DNA of 63,745 nt, counting the filler, from Octopus bimaculoides (Eukaryota), in assembly GCF_001194135.2 (NCBI RefSeq). It is 5 parts of 4 records of this genome, joined end to end, with 100 filler letters (N's around TTAATTAATTAA, not from the genome) between each part and the next. Parts side by side here need not be neighbours in the genome. Positions count along the whole stretch, not along the records: positions 1 to 31,700 come from NC_068981.1; positions 31,801 to 47,811 come from NC_068981.1; 3 more parts are not named here. One strand, given 5' to 3'. Numbering within the stretch: the stretch's first letter is position 1; each line of letters opens with the position of its first letter. The position numbers and the translations under genes are program-made. The notes beneath the pieces are model-generated. The model worked only from the letters and a program-made list of their open reading frames with translations, was not told the origin of the DNA and did no database searches. Shown piece by piece: positions 25,356 through 39,474 of the stretch.

Positions 25356-28081
25356 TACTACTTAAAATTAATTATATCTAAATTGTAATTATATATGATT
25401 CATGTGTTAGGAAAGAACATGAAGATCAGGTATGTAAAGTATGACTTACCCTATTATCCCATGTCTAGGCAAATGACAGATCTGTTTTGAAATATGAATT
25501 TCTTATTTCAGCAGAAGATCACAAATTTCTACTTGAAAGTATTGCGTTCATTTGCTTTCTTTATTTATGACGTTAAAAGTATTAGAAATTTGTTACCAGT
25601 AGGAAACTCAATAGATTCCACGGTCCGTTGATCTACACGTCTGATGCATCATTTAATATTCATGAATATATTATACTTTATTGTTTTTGATTATTTCTCA
25701 AAGCCAAATTTCCGTACCACTGCTAGGGAAGGTTTGGGGTCCATACTTTTCTCAGTGATTATTTCTTCGTGGAAACCTTTTTAGAGTTACCTCGTCTTTG
25801 AGTAAATTTAAACAGCACAGACCAGAATGGAGTGGTGTTGACATGCAAAGTTGGTTGTTGTAATCAATCGGATATTATTAAAAGAAAGCTCATTCACATT
25901 CTGGAAAATTCATTTCAAAAACTACCAAAATTAAATATTCAATAGTAAAAGATGATCTAGGAATTTTAATCAGGATATACTAGTAGCAATATTAATGTAA
26001 TACTGTTTGTATTTTAAGACGGGGAAAATAGAAGGAAGTTTTTTTTTTTTTAAGAACTAGATAAAATAGTTAATATGGACGTATCAATTTGTATTGATAA
26101 TATATATTTGAAAATGCAAAATATTAACTATTTCAAGTAATACTGAACGGTGTATTGCATTTCGCTAAACACTCTACCTCAAATATATTGCACATCCATT
26201 CATAAAACATATTAAACTTGTTATATTTTGCAATGACATTATTCATAGAAGCGTCTTTTACATATAAAACAAGCCAGTATCAAAGAGTTTCATTCCTACA
26301 CAATATTAGTCATGGTATAGTTCAAGTTAAACTAAGTAGCGTAATTTTCAGTCACCAATTGTTACAGTTAACCAGCATTCAAGCACTTATAGAGCGTTCT
26401 GGCCAATTACAACAGTAGACTCTGCACTCTGAAGGACTAGGATGATGCTATGCATTATCTGATTGCTTAACGTCCATACTTGTTACTAATGTGCCGTGAA
26501 GCTATGTAGTGGCGCCTAGATTGAACTGAGTGTCAGAGAAATATCAGTCATCTTTTTATTAAATTACATGTGAGTAGCAGCTTTAGAAAAATGCAACAGC
26601 CTATAGTTCTGAAACACTAGATATGACTACTGTAGAACTGTTGATTTCACTATATCCTGAAACATTTTTTACGCAACACGTACAGGGACATTTGACAGTC
26701 TAATAATAGGTCACTTTCAGAAAAATAGGATTGTGCCTGCATTGATGAACCTACTCATATATTCGCTATCTCATTTACGAATAACTGGTGCACCACTTTA
26801 CTTCTAATATCCCCACGCGATTTAATTATTTTCCATTAAACCTACTGTAAAACAAATAATCAGTGCGATATTTCACCATTTACTTTACGAATTAAGACCA
26901 ATAAACTGACACGGTGGAGATAATTGCACACTAATAAATTTGACTTTCTATTAAATATCTCTTTAGTGACTTTAGCGTCTCCTAATGTTGTAAATGATGT
27001 GGCCGTTCTTTTGACTTACCGACTAAACTCAAACAGAATTATTAATATATATTTACTGATTACAAGATTTACTTAGTTTCTTAAAAATCGATCTTTGGAA
27101 CAGTGTAAACATGTATATCATGGCAAAATCCAAAGCTAGCTATAGTAAATGTTAGATAAATATAATACTACTAAAAGTATAAGATGTAATCATACATATT
27201 TCTATTCCTATATGCTATAATGTAAACCAAATATCTGAAAATCTTTCAATGAATTACCTGTCGGCCGGGTAACATATATCAGTTTAATATTTGTCACTTT
27301 CATTTGATTTATTAGTATTAATACTTTCATATATAGCCAAGTAGAAATTCGTTTTCTGAATCCAATATTTGATGAGAGAAATTGGTGCGTAATTGATACA
27401 TGGGTTTGGAAAAGATATCGTAATTATATACCATAAATATATCTGATCATTGATTTATTCTACGGATATTGTACGTGTTACATGATCGGATGTCATATTG
27501 CTAGATCCTTTCACTAGTATATCTACCTAGAAGTTGATATCTTTACTTCAGATTTCTCCGCAATGAATTTACGACAGCAAAGTGAGAATAAAGTAGAAAG
27601 GGAACTAATTATAAGGATTTATTAATTTATATTTTCATTTTCTAACGAATAAATATGAACTATTTATGATGTAAAAATCATGGCAATAGTTTCACAGAGA
27701 TTATTCTAACACTTTTTACAAGTCAAAAGCCAATTGGTCGATTAGATAATACGATAAGAGTTTCAACAAACACTGAAATATCTCCTTTATCATTTGCTGA
27801 AAGAAGAATTTCTGGGAACGACAATTCCGTATCAACATATAAAGGAAAACCAGAATAGAAAATGTCACATGCACATACTCTTTTAGAGAGTCATATAATA
27901 TTAATCGATATATTTACCGATAAAGAAAGAAACCCTTTGTTGCTCGGTATAGTTAAATAGAACATAGTCCATAAGTCCACTGAATACAGCAAAGTCAATA
28001 TTTATATGTCCGTTGATTTAGGCATTGCATATATGATAAAGGATAATAATGAAAATGTTATAATTGATTATTTCAATCCAG

Positions 28082-28141
28082 CTAACAAATGCGGATTTGA
28101 AGAACATGGATGAAGACCTTATGTTCTGCAAACAGGCTAAC
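28082..28141 (+). CDS. candidate 60-nt internal exon (phase 0-0), LTNADLKNMDEDLMFCKQAN
   Basis: atttcaatccag|...AAC|gtgagt; exactly 20 codons; the other two frames contain stops. Confidence 0.6.
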
Positions 28142-29143
28142 GTGAGTTCAAATTATAAAATTTCCGGTTATAATGTATAAGCTTACACTTAGCACAAATT
28201 ATTAAGCACGCCTAAAAACTGTCAAAGGTGAGGGTAATGAAATACAATTAAATATTCATTTTCAAAACAAGTAGTGAGTAGTGGTGACAGGTGTTATGTA
28301 GGACTTGTTTTCAGTTATTGATATATCAGATTTTACTCTCCTACCCATATTCTAGTATAGTTCGACTCTGTAAACCGAATGTTATTATAAAAGAGAACAG
28401 CTGAAATAAATAATGAACTAATAATTCTTCTTTGAATACACAGAAAGCAATTTCAGTATATATTGTCGCATCACTTATGGAAGCAGATAGACAACTAAAC
28501 TTCTTGATGCTCCGGAAAGAAGCGGCTTAAGAGTCTACTGACAACAAACTTACCAAAATGTGATACGAATCAAGACCCTTCTTCCGATAGAAACATCAGT
28601 AAATGCTTCAACATTTCTCTCTAGTTAATGAACAATACTCCCGCATTTAAGTGCGGTTATATCTAAGCGAATACCTAAATTGAGGTATACCACTAACGAT
28701 GAATAAAAGCCAATTAATCATCATAATCAGTTTAGTTGCCATAGATAAAATAACTATGACAGTCAGGAAGCTATTTAAGAAAATGGATGATATATAGTGT
28801 GATGTTCGTTAAGCTAGCTGATATTTCGGTGGAATTTAGTTTTCCAGCACGAGGTACTATGTCCTCCTATCTGGTTGGGTTTAGTGCCAGTTACCAGAAA
28901 ACAATTTCCACTAAATAATATTCATATATAGACTGCTGGTTAATGAGACCTGGGTAAGAAGACATCGTTATGTAGGAATAGATCTAAGAGGCTCTACTCT
29001 TGAAAAGTTTTGCAAGTTTTCTGACAAACATGACTTACATAAGATAATCATCAAAGTATTTTATCGCCATGTGCATATATTACTTGTTCTATATAAGACG
29101 AAATAATCATATATGGATTTGACACCTAATAATTATTTTCCAG

Positions 29144-29222
29144 GCAACTGTTAAGGGATTATTAATATCTAGATATCATCCGATCTTAATGATTGAAAAG
29201 TTAACAGTTTATAATCATGAAG
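29144..29222 (+). CDS. candidate 79-nt exon (phase 0-1), ATVKGLLISRYHPILMIEKLTVYNHE
   Basis: attattttccag|...GAAG|gtaatg; open frame, phase-compatible with flanking candidates. Confidence 0.5.
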
Positions 29223-29351
29223 GTAATGTAGGTGGATTTAAAGGAAATTAGTAGTCTGATTTTATACCGTTATTTTGTCAATAAGTTTATCACTGATGAT
29301 CAACAATATTTAAGTCACGCAAAGATGCCTTTATATTAGCTATTCTTGCAG

Positions 29352-29413
29352 TTCTTAATAACAGCTGCTCTTCTCAAGTATTGGACGACGCTATCGCTAT
29401 ATTCTACTCGTGA
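29352..29413 (+). CDS. candidate terminal exon (phase 1), VLNNSCSSQVLDDAIAIFYS*
   Basis: tattcttgcag| after a 129-nt intron; G|TT gives Val; AATAAA at 29885-29890. Confidence 0.45.
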
Positions 29414-29606
29414 TCCTTTTTTAGCATAACACCAACCATAATGAAGGAATACCTTAAACCTAATGGAACACCACCGCCTCATTAAAGTCAGCCGAGACCA
29501 TAAAATCTAATGTCACTTCTTTTGTGAAGATAGGAATATGAATTTCTACCTGATCGAAAGACGACATAAACGTTCGCTTCTTTCGGAGGATAATTAAGTA
29601 GCAATA

Positions 29607-29607
29607 C

Positions 29608-29655
<48 letters not shown>

Positions 29656-29785
29656 TAAATATGTGTATATATATATATGTATATATGTGTGTGCGTGTAT
29701 ATATATGTTTGGAGAGAGAGAGAGAGACAGAGACAGAGACATACGCACGTACATACATACATACATACATACATACATGCATACA

Positions 29786-29819
<34 letters not shown>

Positions 29820-29840
29820 CGCATACATATACACACACAT
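29607..29840. repeat. (AT)n/(AG)n/(TACA)n compound microsatellite
   Basis: Direct inspection. Confidence 0.95.
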
Positions 29841-31744
29841 GTATCCTGTAATGAAAACATATGTGCCGATTTCTAAACTAAGGCAATAAACAGTTTTCGG
29901 TTACAGATGTTATTGAGTGCAACATAAGAATAAATATTTTCTTGTTTGAGAATACCTAAGTCACTGATATATTTTGAAACAGTTTTACTATAACTTCTCC
30001 GTTACAGCTTCATAGTCTGTATCATTTTGAAAACAGATCCTTGTTTTGTTTCTTTTCGATAGTGTTTGTCTCTACTCATTCCCAAAAACCCTATTGTGGC
30101 ACCCATAAATATCTTCACAAATGACTGCATGCGCTTCTTCATGTTGATATGAACAATACCTCATTTCGACGTACACCTGTATAACTGTAACTCTTCGTAC
30201 TTTGGATCAATTCATTACAACGTATCTTCGTTTATATAAGTTATTGCACAAGACAATAACTTTATACTAAAATACGATAAATTCTTACAACGGTTTTAAT
30301 GAGATTTAGTCGATGTAAGTGGTTCGGCTTGTTAGTTGAAATCGAAATCGGTGAGTGAACTTTGTCGCCTGTTGCATAACTTCTGCACTACAATAATTTC
30401 TACCATCACTATCACTCATCTCCCTCACTTTTATGACAAAAGATGCTATCAACCAACCCCCACCTATAAGATCTATAAACAGTGACCTTCCTTCTTATAA
30501 ACGATCATACAACCTTAAGCGCTCTTTCATTATACTATTGTATCATCACTCATAATTTATACACACAACGATTTATTAATATCATTAACCTAAGCGACAT
30601 CATTTATTTAAAGTGAATAGAAATGCTTCACTCTGAGCATAATAGTGTTTTATATAAAGCTAATCTTATCTTTGTTTGATCACTATTTCCAGACAACTCC
30701 TAGAATTGTCCTTTATTCCCGGGTTAGATGTTATGTTCTTATATACGGAGACGACTTTCAACTTTGAATGAGATTCATGATACCATTTAATTTATAACCT
30801 AAATCCGCGATTCATGGTGTGTTGTTTTATATGATTGCCATCTTCCAGATATATTATTGTTACCAATCTACATTCCACTGCAAAGATATTATCTTTTTTT
30901 GGTTTCTTATTATCTTTTGATTAGATTCTTCTAGATACGCATTGCATACCTCTTTACGCATATAGCAGCAATTATATATGCTCTTTAATTCTTTAACACG
31001 TTTCGACCATCACGATCAAGGCTGTCCTAAAGAATTGGCTAATATAAATTACTACTCTTATAGATTGTCAATACACTTGCATAGAAACGAGCTTACAGAT
31101 ATTTCTCAAAAATATAAGCATTGATATACACTTAAATAGTATTAATGTAAAATGCTGACAGACACACACGCGTGTCAAGCGTTAATATCTGTGTGTCTGG
31201 GCTGGTACTGACTTAAGACAAACACACATAGAGGGTCATCAAGATAACGACATATCTGGCATTAGGTATATATTAATTTAAATCTCAGTTGATTAAACAA
31301 GCTATAAATTGATACAAAAGAAGAAACATATTACACCATGAAATACTTGATGGCTCATATATATTACAACTGTGGCATATACACAGCAGATAAATGGATA
31401 TAAAGAGTAGTGACTTCAAACTACAAATAGAAATAACTGCAGTGACGGGCGGACCCACATACCTGCGGGGCGAACAATATCATCTCTAATCCCTAAAACT
31501 TATTTCCTTCTCGTAAATTGATCATCGAAAGCTTTCTCTATATATATACAATACACGTGTATGTATGTATGTATGTATGTATATAGATAGATAGATACAT
31601 TTCTTTTATTAGCCACACAGGGCTCAACGAAGATGGGACAAATACAATGTAGAGCTTTTCTTTTTGGGAGGGGGAGGAAGGAAAAAAAAAAAAAAAAAAA
31701 NNNNNNNNNNNNNNNNNNNNNNNNNNNNNNNNNNNNNNNNNNNN

Positions 31745-31756
31745 TTAATTAATTAA
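31745..31756. other. artificial scaffold linker TTAATTAATTAA inside an N gap (also 47856-47867, 53454-53465, 60907-60918)
   Basis: Identical 12-mer embedded in N runs four times; gives stops in all frames. Confidence 0.9.
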
Positions 31757-31800
31757 NNNNNNNNNNNNNNNNNNNNNNNNNNNNNNNNNNNNNNNNNNNN

Positions 31801-31935
31801 AAGGGCATCCAGCTGTAGAAACTCTGCCAAATTAGATTGGAGCCTGGTGTTGCCATCCGGTTTCACCAGTCCTCAGTCAAATCGTCCAACCCATGCTAGC
31901 ATTGAAAGCGGACGTTAAACGATGATGATGATGAT
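31801..31935 (+). mobile_element. RTE LINE 3' UTR end with (GAT)n tail
   Basis: Reverse complement of 59504-59640, which lies downstream of the RTE coding fragment at 60352-60862. Confidence 0.85.
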
Positions 31936-32150
31936 GTGTGTGTGTTTGTGTGTCTATGTTTGTCCCTCCAACATTGCTTGACAACCGATGCTGGTGTGTT
32001 TACGTCCCCGTAACTTAGCAGTTCGGCAAAGGAGACCGATAGAATAAGTACTAGGCTTACAAAGAATAAGTCCTGGGGTCGATTTGCTCGACTAAAGGCG
32101 GTGCTCCAGCATGGCCACAGTCAAATGACTGAAACAAGTAAAAGAGAGAG
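31936..32150 (+). mobile_element. family A SINE 3' half
   Basis: cttgacaaccgatgctggtgtgtttacgtccccgtaacttagc...ggtgctccagcatggccacagtcaaatgactgaaacaagtaaaag; related pieces at 61004-61050 and 21855-21900. Confidence 0.8.
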
Positions 32151-33189
32151 ACAGAAAGTGGTGTCAACATTCTTTTTTATAGAATGATTCTGCTTTAACA
32201 TTTTAACATTTCTTCCTTTCTTTCTGCCATTCATTTTGTTCTCTTTTTTCATCGTTGTCATTATTATTCTGTCTTTCTATCCAGTGGCATTAAAATTGAC
32301 ACCATTCACTTGTTTTTTGATATGGAACGTTCATGTTTTCTAAGGTTGATGTATGTGCTGTTATTTCTTAGTTTTGTGGCCTACTTTCTCAACTTGATTT
32401 TCTGTCTCTCACTTTCCACTTGTCTTTTCACATATAGAAATACTCCAAGCAGGCTTCTTAGAGTTGGCCTCTTAGAAACTAGTTCATCTCCCTGTTGACC
32501 TTAAATACATTTTGTTTATGCTGTAAAAAGTATCAGTTGCATAGACAACATGTCACCTTCTCAGTTTACATGTCATAATTATTTTTCTACTGTCAAAATT
32601 GATATCTAAATTCTATGAAAAGTAGAATTGTAGTAAACACAACACAAATTGTTGTTGATGTAGTTGTCCCAACAGAAGTTCAATATACTAACTGAAAGTG
32701 AAGTGATTGAATGGCTTCAACTCAAATTGACTTAAGATCTGAACTTTCTGGGATGAACTTGATCATGAGAACTATGCCAAAAGTAAATTTGGTAGAGTAA
32801 TTTACATTCCATATGAATATGATTCCACATTGAAAATGCTGAGCTATTGAAATCTAGCATAGATGTAGCAGTAACCTATTCTAACCTGTCTCTGCCAGTT
32901 ATAGAAAGTAGAGTTGTGACAAAATAGTTACCATCTTAAAGGAAGTTGTGATTTAGAATTGAGATTTTTTTCATTTTTTATATATTTATATGGTTTCCTT
33001 TCTTTGCAATAGTTTCAGATGTTCTCTGAAAGGAGTACTCTTAGTAATAACTACCATTAGATATAGTACAACTGTCTAATGTTGTATCAGATAATATACA
33101 TGATTTAATATGCATATAACAATATATCAAATGCTTAAATATTTGTTGTGTAATTTAAAGCTGAAAGACAAGAGCTTTTTTTTTATATA

Positions 33190-33655
33190 TATCATTATCA
33201 TCATTTAATGTCTGTTGTCCATGCTGACATGGGTTGGTTGGTTTGACCAGAGCTGGGAAGCTGAGGGGCTGCACCAAACACCAGTCTGATTTGGCATGGT
33301 TTCTATGGCTGAATGCCAACCACTCTGAGAGTGTAATGGGTGCATTTATGTGCCACCAGCACAGGTGCCATTTGCGTGACACCAGTATCTGCCACAACTA
33401 CGATTTCACTTGGCTTCATGGGTCTTCTATTCAAGCATGGCATATTGCTGGAAGTCTCGGTCATTTGTCATTGCCTCTGTGAGGCCCAACATTCAAAAGG
33501 TACTTTTTACATGCCATCAGCACAGGTTCTAGCTACACAACACCAGCATTGGCCACATTGCCTCCATGAGGCCCAAAGCTTGAAAGGTGCTTCTTACATG
33601 CCACCAGTATGGGTGCCAGTTATGCGACGCTGGCATTGGCCACAACTTGACACCA
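33190..33655 (-). mobile_element. older RTE LINE 3' UTR with internal subrepeats
   Basis: Similar to 59504-59658 and 60390-60430; CpGs decayed. Confidence 0.7.
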
Positions 33656-34535
33656 GCAATACACACACAATTTCTACCTCTTTCTTATATACTCACGTTA
33701 ATGTAAATGGTAAATTAGAAAAAAAGACTTTTTAATGAAATTAATTCTTCTCAGATGGTGTATATTAGAGTGGCAAACCTCATCAAATATATTTTAATCC
33801 TATAAACATGTCATGTTTGAATCTAGAAAATGGTTTCTGTTTTTCCTACCTTGCTTTGTAATGATTTGTGCATTTATAATGAGTGTGAAGTTATAAAGTA
33901 TTGCCTACTTTCAGTTTGTTTGCATAAAGCATATAAGGAAATTTGAACTCATAAATTATGTACTGCTTAGTACGTCTTGTTAGTAATGTCTAAATATCAA
34001 TGTTTTACCATTATCATCACCATCATCATTCTCATGCCTATACTCTTCCATTGGTGCATAAACTGGATGGGACTCTTTGAAACTGTTTTGCAGCCAGATT
34101 CCCTTCCTGATGTCAATCCCTTTTATCATTGATGACATGCAGTGTACACTATATCAATTCCAAATGACTGAATTACACACTGTTTTATGTTTGTCGTTAT
34201 TCTGTTACATTTAAAGAATCCCACTTTATTGTTATAATTACTTATCTGGGAATGGGATAAAGTTATAATACCTTTAGAAACTGAAGTAGATATATCTTTG
34301 TTGACTTTGTACAATAGTTAATGTACAACAGTCTACCATCACATTAAATTTGTTATGCCCAGCCAGTCATGTGGGCATCATAGTTATGAAGTAGTCTACA
34401 ATGATAACTTTTAAAGGATAAACTGAAACTTTGGGTTAGAGTATGTGTGTGTGAAGTGGGGAGGGATTTTCTTTTTAAATACATTCATGCATATTCATAA
34501 CTTTTGTATTCAAAAATATTTCTTTCTTATTTCAG

Positions 34536-34653
34536 ATACCTGAAAAACATCTACAACAAGGATAAGAAGTTGTTTATAAAGGCAGCTATTGGTCTGGCTG
34601 TGGCAACTGGTTTTGGATTCATAACATATAGAATAATCCGTGCCCTTCGATAG
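34536..34653 (+). CDS. terminal coding exon of a tail-anchored membrane protein, resembling mitochondrial Rho GTPase Miro (identity not confirmed)
   Basis: tttctttcttatttcag|A then YLKNIYNKDKKLFIKAAIGLAVATGFGFITYRIIRALR*: strong acceptor, one TM helix, basic tail, stop. From memory it resembles the Miro C-terminus (KLWLKAGLGVAAAT-type). Confidence 0.7.
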
Positions 34654-36049
34654 GGACTGACTTTGCCTTGCCATTTTTTTCTTTTTAAAATTTGTAGATG
34701 GTAACACGAGAAAGAATACCTACCCAAAACCTAGAAAAGAAAAGAACACTTAGCATTTTTTTAAATGTTATATCCAAGTTTCTTTCTATGTTAATCTGCA
34801 GGGTACTAGAGAGTGTCTCTACAAATTTTGATATTTTCATAAATATGGAGTTGTTGAAGTAATGTTTTTACACCTCAACTTCTGTTATTTCTAACATTCA
34901 AACCAATAGTGAAGTAGTAATGGGTCCTTTTTTTTTTTAAATAAAGTTGACTGGAGCAAGTGAGATAATATGTGCTGTATATAATACTTATTTCAGTTGA
35001 TTTAAATTTGACAAAACAAAAATAATAAAAAAGCATGTCACCTTTTTCACATTGAATGTTTAGTAACAGAAAAGGTATCTAGTTTTAAAGACACTTGTTT
35101 TAAACATTGTGTGTGTGTGTGCGTGCATATGTGTATGTGAGTGTGCATTCGTGCATGAAAAGTAAATTTGCAGAATTATGTAACTCATGCTATCTTGGAA
35201 GAAAGCAAAAAACAATGAATGTAAAAAGACATGATAATAATGAAATTAAAATTAATAAAATAATATGCAAAATATATGAAAGTAATAATATAGAGATGTG
35301 AGTCACAGGAACAGTTACCATTTCTATTTAGATGAAATATCAAAACATTGTTTTAAATGTGAAAAATTGAAGAATTAAACAAACACCAGAAAAATAAGAA
35401 AACAAAAAGGAAAATAAAGAACAAACCAAACGGTATAGTGTAAATGTTGAAGTACAATTACATGAATATAAATAAATTAAAATAATCTAACCAATATTTG
35501 TGTTAAAAATAAGGGAACATACCAATGATTCGACATCTGTACAGTTTTATCATTTTCTTTTAAAGCCTTTGAATTTGAATCAGTTTGGACTTCTATTTTC
35601 TTCTCTTGATCATCTTTCACAACTGTTTTGTGTTAGCACCTCTAATACTCCAACCTTATCTAAAACCACCACCACTCACTTTTTTCTTTCTTTTTAGCTT
35701 TTTATTTTGATTGTGATACTTTTTTAATGCTGTTATTGGTTGGGACCTTTCATTCAAGGATTAGACTAGATTGCTACAAGTTTAGTTTCAGTAATTCTCT
35801 AATGCATTCTCCACTTCATCTCTCTCTCTCTCTCTCCCCCCTTAGCTTTATCTATTAGGGTTTATTTTGTTTGTTATAGTAACAATTATGGATGTAAAAT
35901 TATTGTTGCGATGGATACTGGTGTGTGGTGTGCTTTTGATTCCAGGTCGAAAGCTGTTTCACTTTGCCAGTACCTTTGAGGAAAATATGGACATTGCAAC
36001 TTCATATCTAAATGAATATTTGTGAAGGAAATCATTATTATTATTAATT

Positions 36050-36270
36050 AGGATGGTGGAATGGCAGAATAGTCAGATTACTGGAGAAAAGCTTTACAGT
36101 ATTTGGTTACAGCATTTCATCTTCTAACTCCAAATCCTGCCAAGGTCATCTTTGCTTTTCATCCCTCCAGAGTTGATAAAATGACAGTACCACTCAAGTA
36201 CTGGGGTTGATTTAATTGACTAAACCTCATCCCACAGAAATCAAGCCTTGTGCTGATATCAGAAACCATT
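36050..36270 (+). mobile_element. family B SINE, CpG-decayed
   Basis: aaggtcatctttgcttttcatcc...ctggggttgatttaattgact. Confidence 0.7.
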
Positions 36271-37394
36271 ATTTTTGTTATTATTATTATTATTATGGGT
36301 CATCCTCATAAGCATCATCGTTTTCCTTTCTTTGTTGTTTCATTTGAGGCTCAAGAAGTTCTAAGCAAAGTGTGAATTATGAAAATGTGAAATCAAATAA
36401 ATGTACAGAATTTGGGTAAAAATATGTGAATTAGAGAGTTTGAATGTTGTTCACTCCATACACTACAGATATTTTTCTTGTCACTGCCAATTATTTCTAA
36501 ATTTCAAAAAAGTTCTTCCAAATATATTTCACCTGCTGCACTGGCATGGTACCAAGTGTGTAAGCTACATGTCAAAGTCTTTATGTGTAACGTAAAAAAT
36601 TCTAATTTCTTTGTACATGCATGTTTAAGCAGCATAGTTCATGTCTGCTCCCTAATTATGATGTATATAGTTCATGGATATGGTGCAATTGGTTCCAAGC
36701 TAGAATGAATTTTTTTTACATCAACTAATTTCCTTTATAAGCCATGTGGTAATAAAGGAAATCATTGTAATATTTATTTATGTCATTTTGTTGTCTAAGT
36801 TCTATGTCTTGAGATTAAATTGACAATACCCCTCCTGCCCTACAGATGTGAGGCCTTATGCCAATACTAGAAATCATTAATAATTATTGTTAGGATTGTC
36901 CACTGTCAGAAATGCTTGAGATCTGGACTTAATTCATGCACATTGCACAAGAGTCTACAATTTCGTTTTTGCTTTTTATGATTTAATTAATCTTGAACAC
37001 CTTCAATTCCTCTGTTTACAGTTTTGAATCACTATTTAATGCAAAAACCATTTCCTTTGGTTGGTTTCCTTGGCAGAATATTTGAAAATAATACTTCTAC
37101 ATGATGAGTGTAATGTTCCATTTCCTTTTGAATGATGCCATAACAATTGAAAGTCTGTACCATACCAACTTTATGCTGAATATGAGTTGTATTGTGTGAA
37201 ATCCTATTTGAGTGAACTTTTTTTAGAATTTATGTAATATACTTAATGAATATTACTCTGTTTTGATTTATGACTAGATAACAACAACAGTTATAGAATA
37301 ATCTTTCCAATTGTTCCTGAGCTGATGTATTTTAGTACCTTCTGTATTCAATAGGCTTATGAGTATTAATATTATTGTTTTAAAATATAATCAT

Positions 37395-37615
37395 ATAGGG
37401 TGGTGGATAGTAGAATCTGATGAGCGTTGAACAAAATACCTTTTGGTATTACCAGCTCTTTAAGTTCTCAATTCATGTCCCATCAAGGTCAACTTTGACT
37501 TCCATCCCTTCTAGGTCAATAAAATAAAGTACTAGTCAAGTATTGGGATCAATGTTATTGGCTAGCCCCTCCCCCTTAAAATTGCTGGTTTGTACCTCAG
37601 TTAGAAACTGTTATT
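37395..37615 (+). mobile_element. family B SINE, CpG-decayed
   Basis: aaggtcaactttgacttccatcc...ggtcaataaaataaagtac. Confidence 0.7.
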
Positions 37616-38084
37616 ATTTTTAAATGATGGTTATGTACCTCTTTGCTCAGAATTCAAAACTCAGCATCAACTATATATGATATTGTGGAATCTTCTCATG
37701 ATTGTTTATATCCTGAAATATTTCAGTGTGTCAGAGCAAGGCTAATCTTGGTAATGTCTCTGCCAGGATGGTTAGTGCAAATTACTCCTTTCTCAACATG
37801 AAGACAAGCAGACAGAATACTAACCATCTTTAATAGTCAGTTATGTTGTCACCTACTTCTCACCATTTCTTCCTTAGTAAAGCTAGTATTGGAATTAACC
37901 TTACTATTTAATATTTCTTCTTCAGTCTTGAGATGAAGAATGTTGATGCTTGTAAGAAGAATCTTGATTAGCATTATCCTTGTCTCTTTTTCATTGAATA
38001 AAACTATTCTATCAGATCCTGTAATAACAGGATCTAGTTAGCTGCATAAAATTTAATCTCAGATAATACCTTTCATTATTATCA

Positions 38085-38330
38085 ATTATACCTCTCTCTG
38101 AAATTACTGGCCCTGTGACAAAATTAGAAAGAATTATCATTATTGAGGTGGTGAACTGGCAGAATCTTTACTTAGCAGCATTTCTGAGTGCAAATTCCCC
38201 AAGGTTGACTTTGCCTTTCATTCTTTCTGGGCCAATAAAATAAGTACAAGTTGAGCACTGGGGTCAATGTAATCAACTAGCCCTCTCCTGCAAAATTTCA
38301 GACTTTGTGCCTATGGTAGAAAGGATTATT
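38085..38330 (+). mobile_element. family B SINE, CpG-decayed
   Basis: aaggttgactttgcctttcattc...ctggggtcaatgtaatcaact. Confidence 0.75.
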
Positions 38331-39474
38331 ATTATTATTATTAAATTTGAGATTAGAATTACCAATTACAACACATAAAAGAGCTCTAGGTTATTTCTGC
38401 ATTTCGTTCCAATATGGCAAGAAGTTGATTTGTGAAAAAAATTCACATCATTTTTGTTTAGTAAGTTATCTATTTAGTTCATTTTTATTTTATATTCAAG
38501 AGATACAACTCAAAATATTTGCTGGCATCATTTTGTAAAAACACCTTTGATGATTTCTAAAAAGTCATAAGAGCAGAAATTCCTCATCATGTTGAATATG
38601 TACGTACAATAGTGGGCTGTTGTCAGCCTCCTTAATAGGTATTCAGGGCTGTGAACTGTATGTGTTGGTTTTCTTGGTCATGTAGATAGTCTCTCACTTA
38701 ATCAATTAAGTTGATGATTTCTCTCCTCAGTAAACTTACTGATTCTCATATCAGCCAAATTCTTTATCTATTAGCTTATCTCAACTTAGATCTTCCTGCA
38801 TTTAGTTTTCTTTGTCATTAATATTTTTTTCAATTTCAACATTCAGTTTTAAACCATATTCCTTCTATTGCATTATTCAGCTAGGATTCAGAAAAGAGGT
38901 ACATACTACTTTCTTATGGTTTCTGCAAATATACAGATATTATTACCTTTATAATTGTATTTACGTGTGCTAAGTATACATAAATACAATGCATTTTATA
39001 TATATAATACTATTTATGTATTATATAATATGTATATGATTTTTTTAAATTCTAAAACCAACAGTGGGAAAATTGAGCTACTCAAGTGATTTTTTTTCAG
39101 TCCTCTTTTTGCATATGATTACATAAACATGTTTAATATCATATAACAAAATTAAGCTACATCTTTGCATCAACAAGAGACACATTGCTATTAAATTGAA
39201 TTATGAAAAAATAATATCTAATAATTTGAATTTTATATATATATATATATATATGTATATGTATGTATAAGGTTAAGAAGGGTATTGGATTCAACCAAAC
39301 CCAAAGATACAGGTAATACCGAGTAAGTGCTGTATACCGGCTAGTTTTGCCCCATTCGTTGTATAAACAAGAGTGGGGATTATAACATAGGTCGTGTATT
39401 AGCGTGTGCATGTATAAAGAGAGAAAAGGACAAAGAGAACAATGGCACAGTTAGAAATATATTTTATGGATAAA

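Noticed and set aside
27552-27581. 30-nt exon-like segment (ctttacttcag|...|gtgaga)
   Set aside because: Phase 0 is closed, and the open phases do not connect to the phase-0 exon at 28082.
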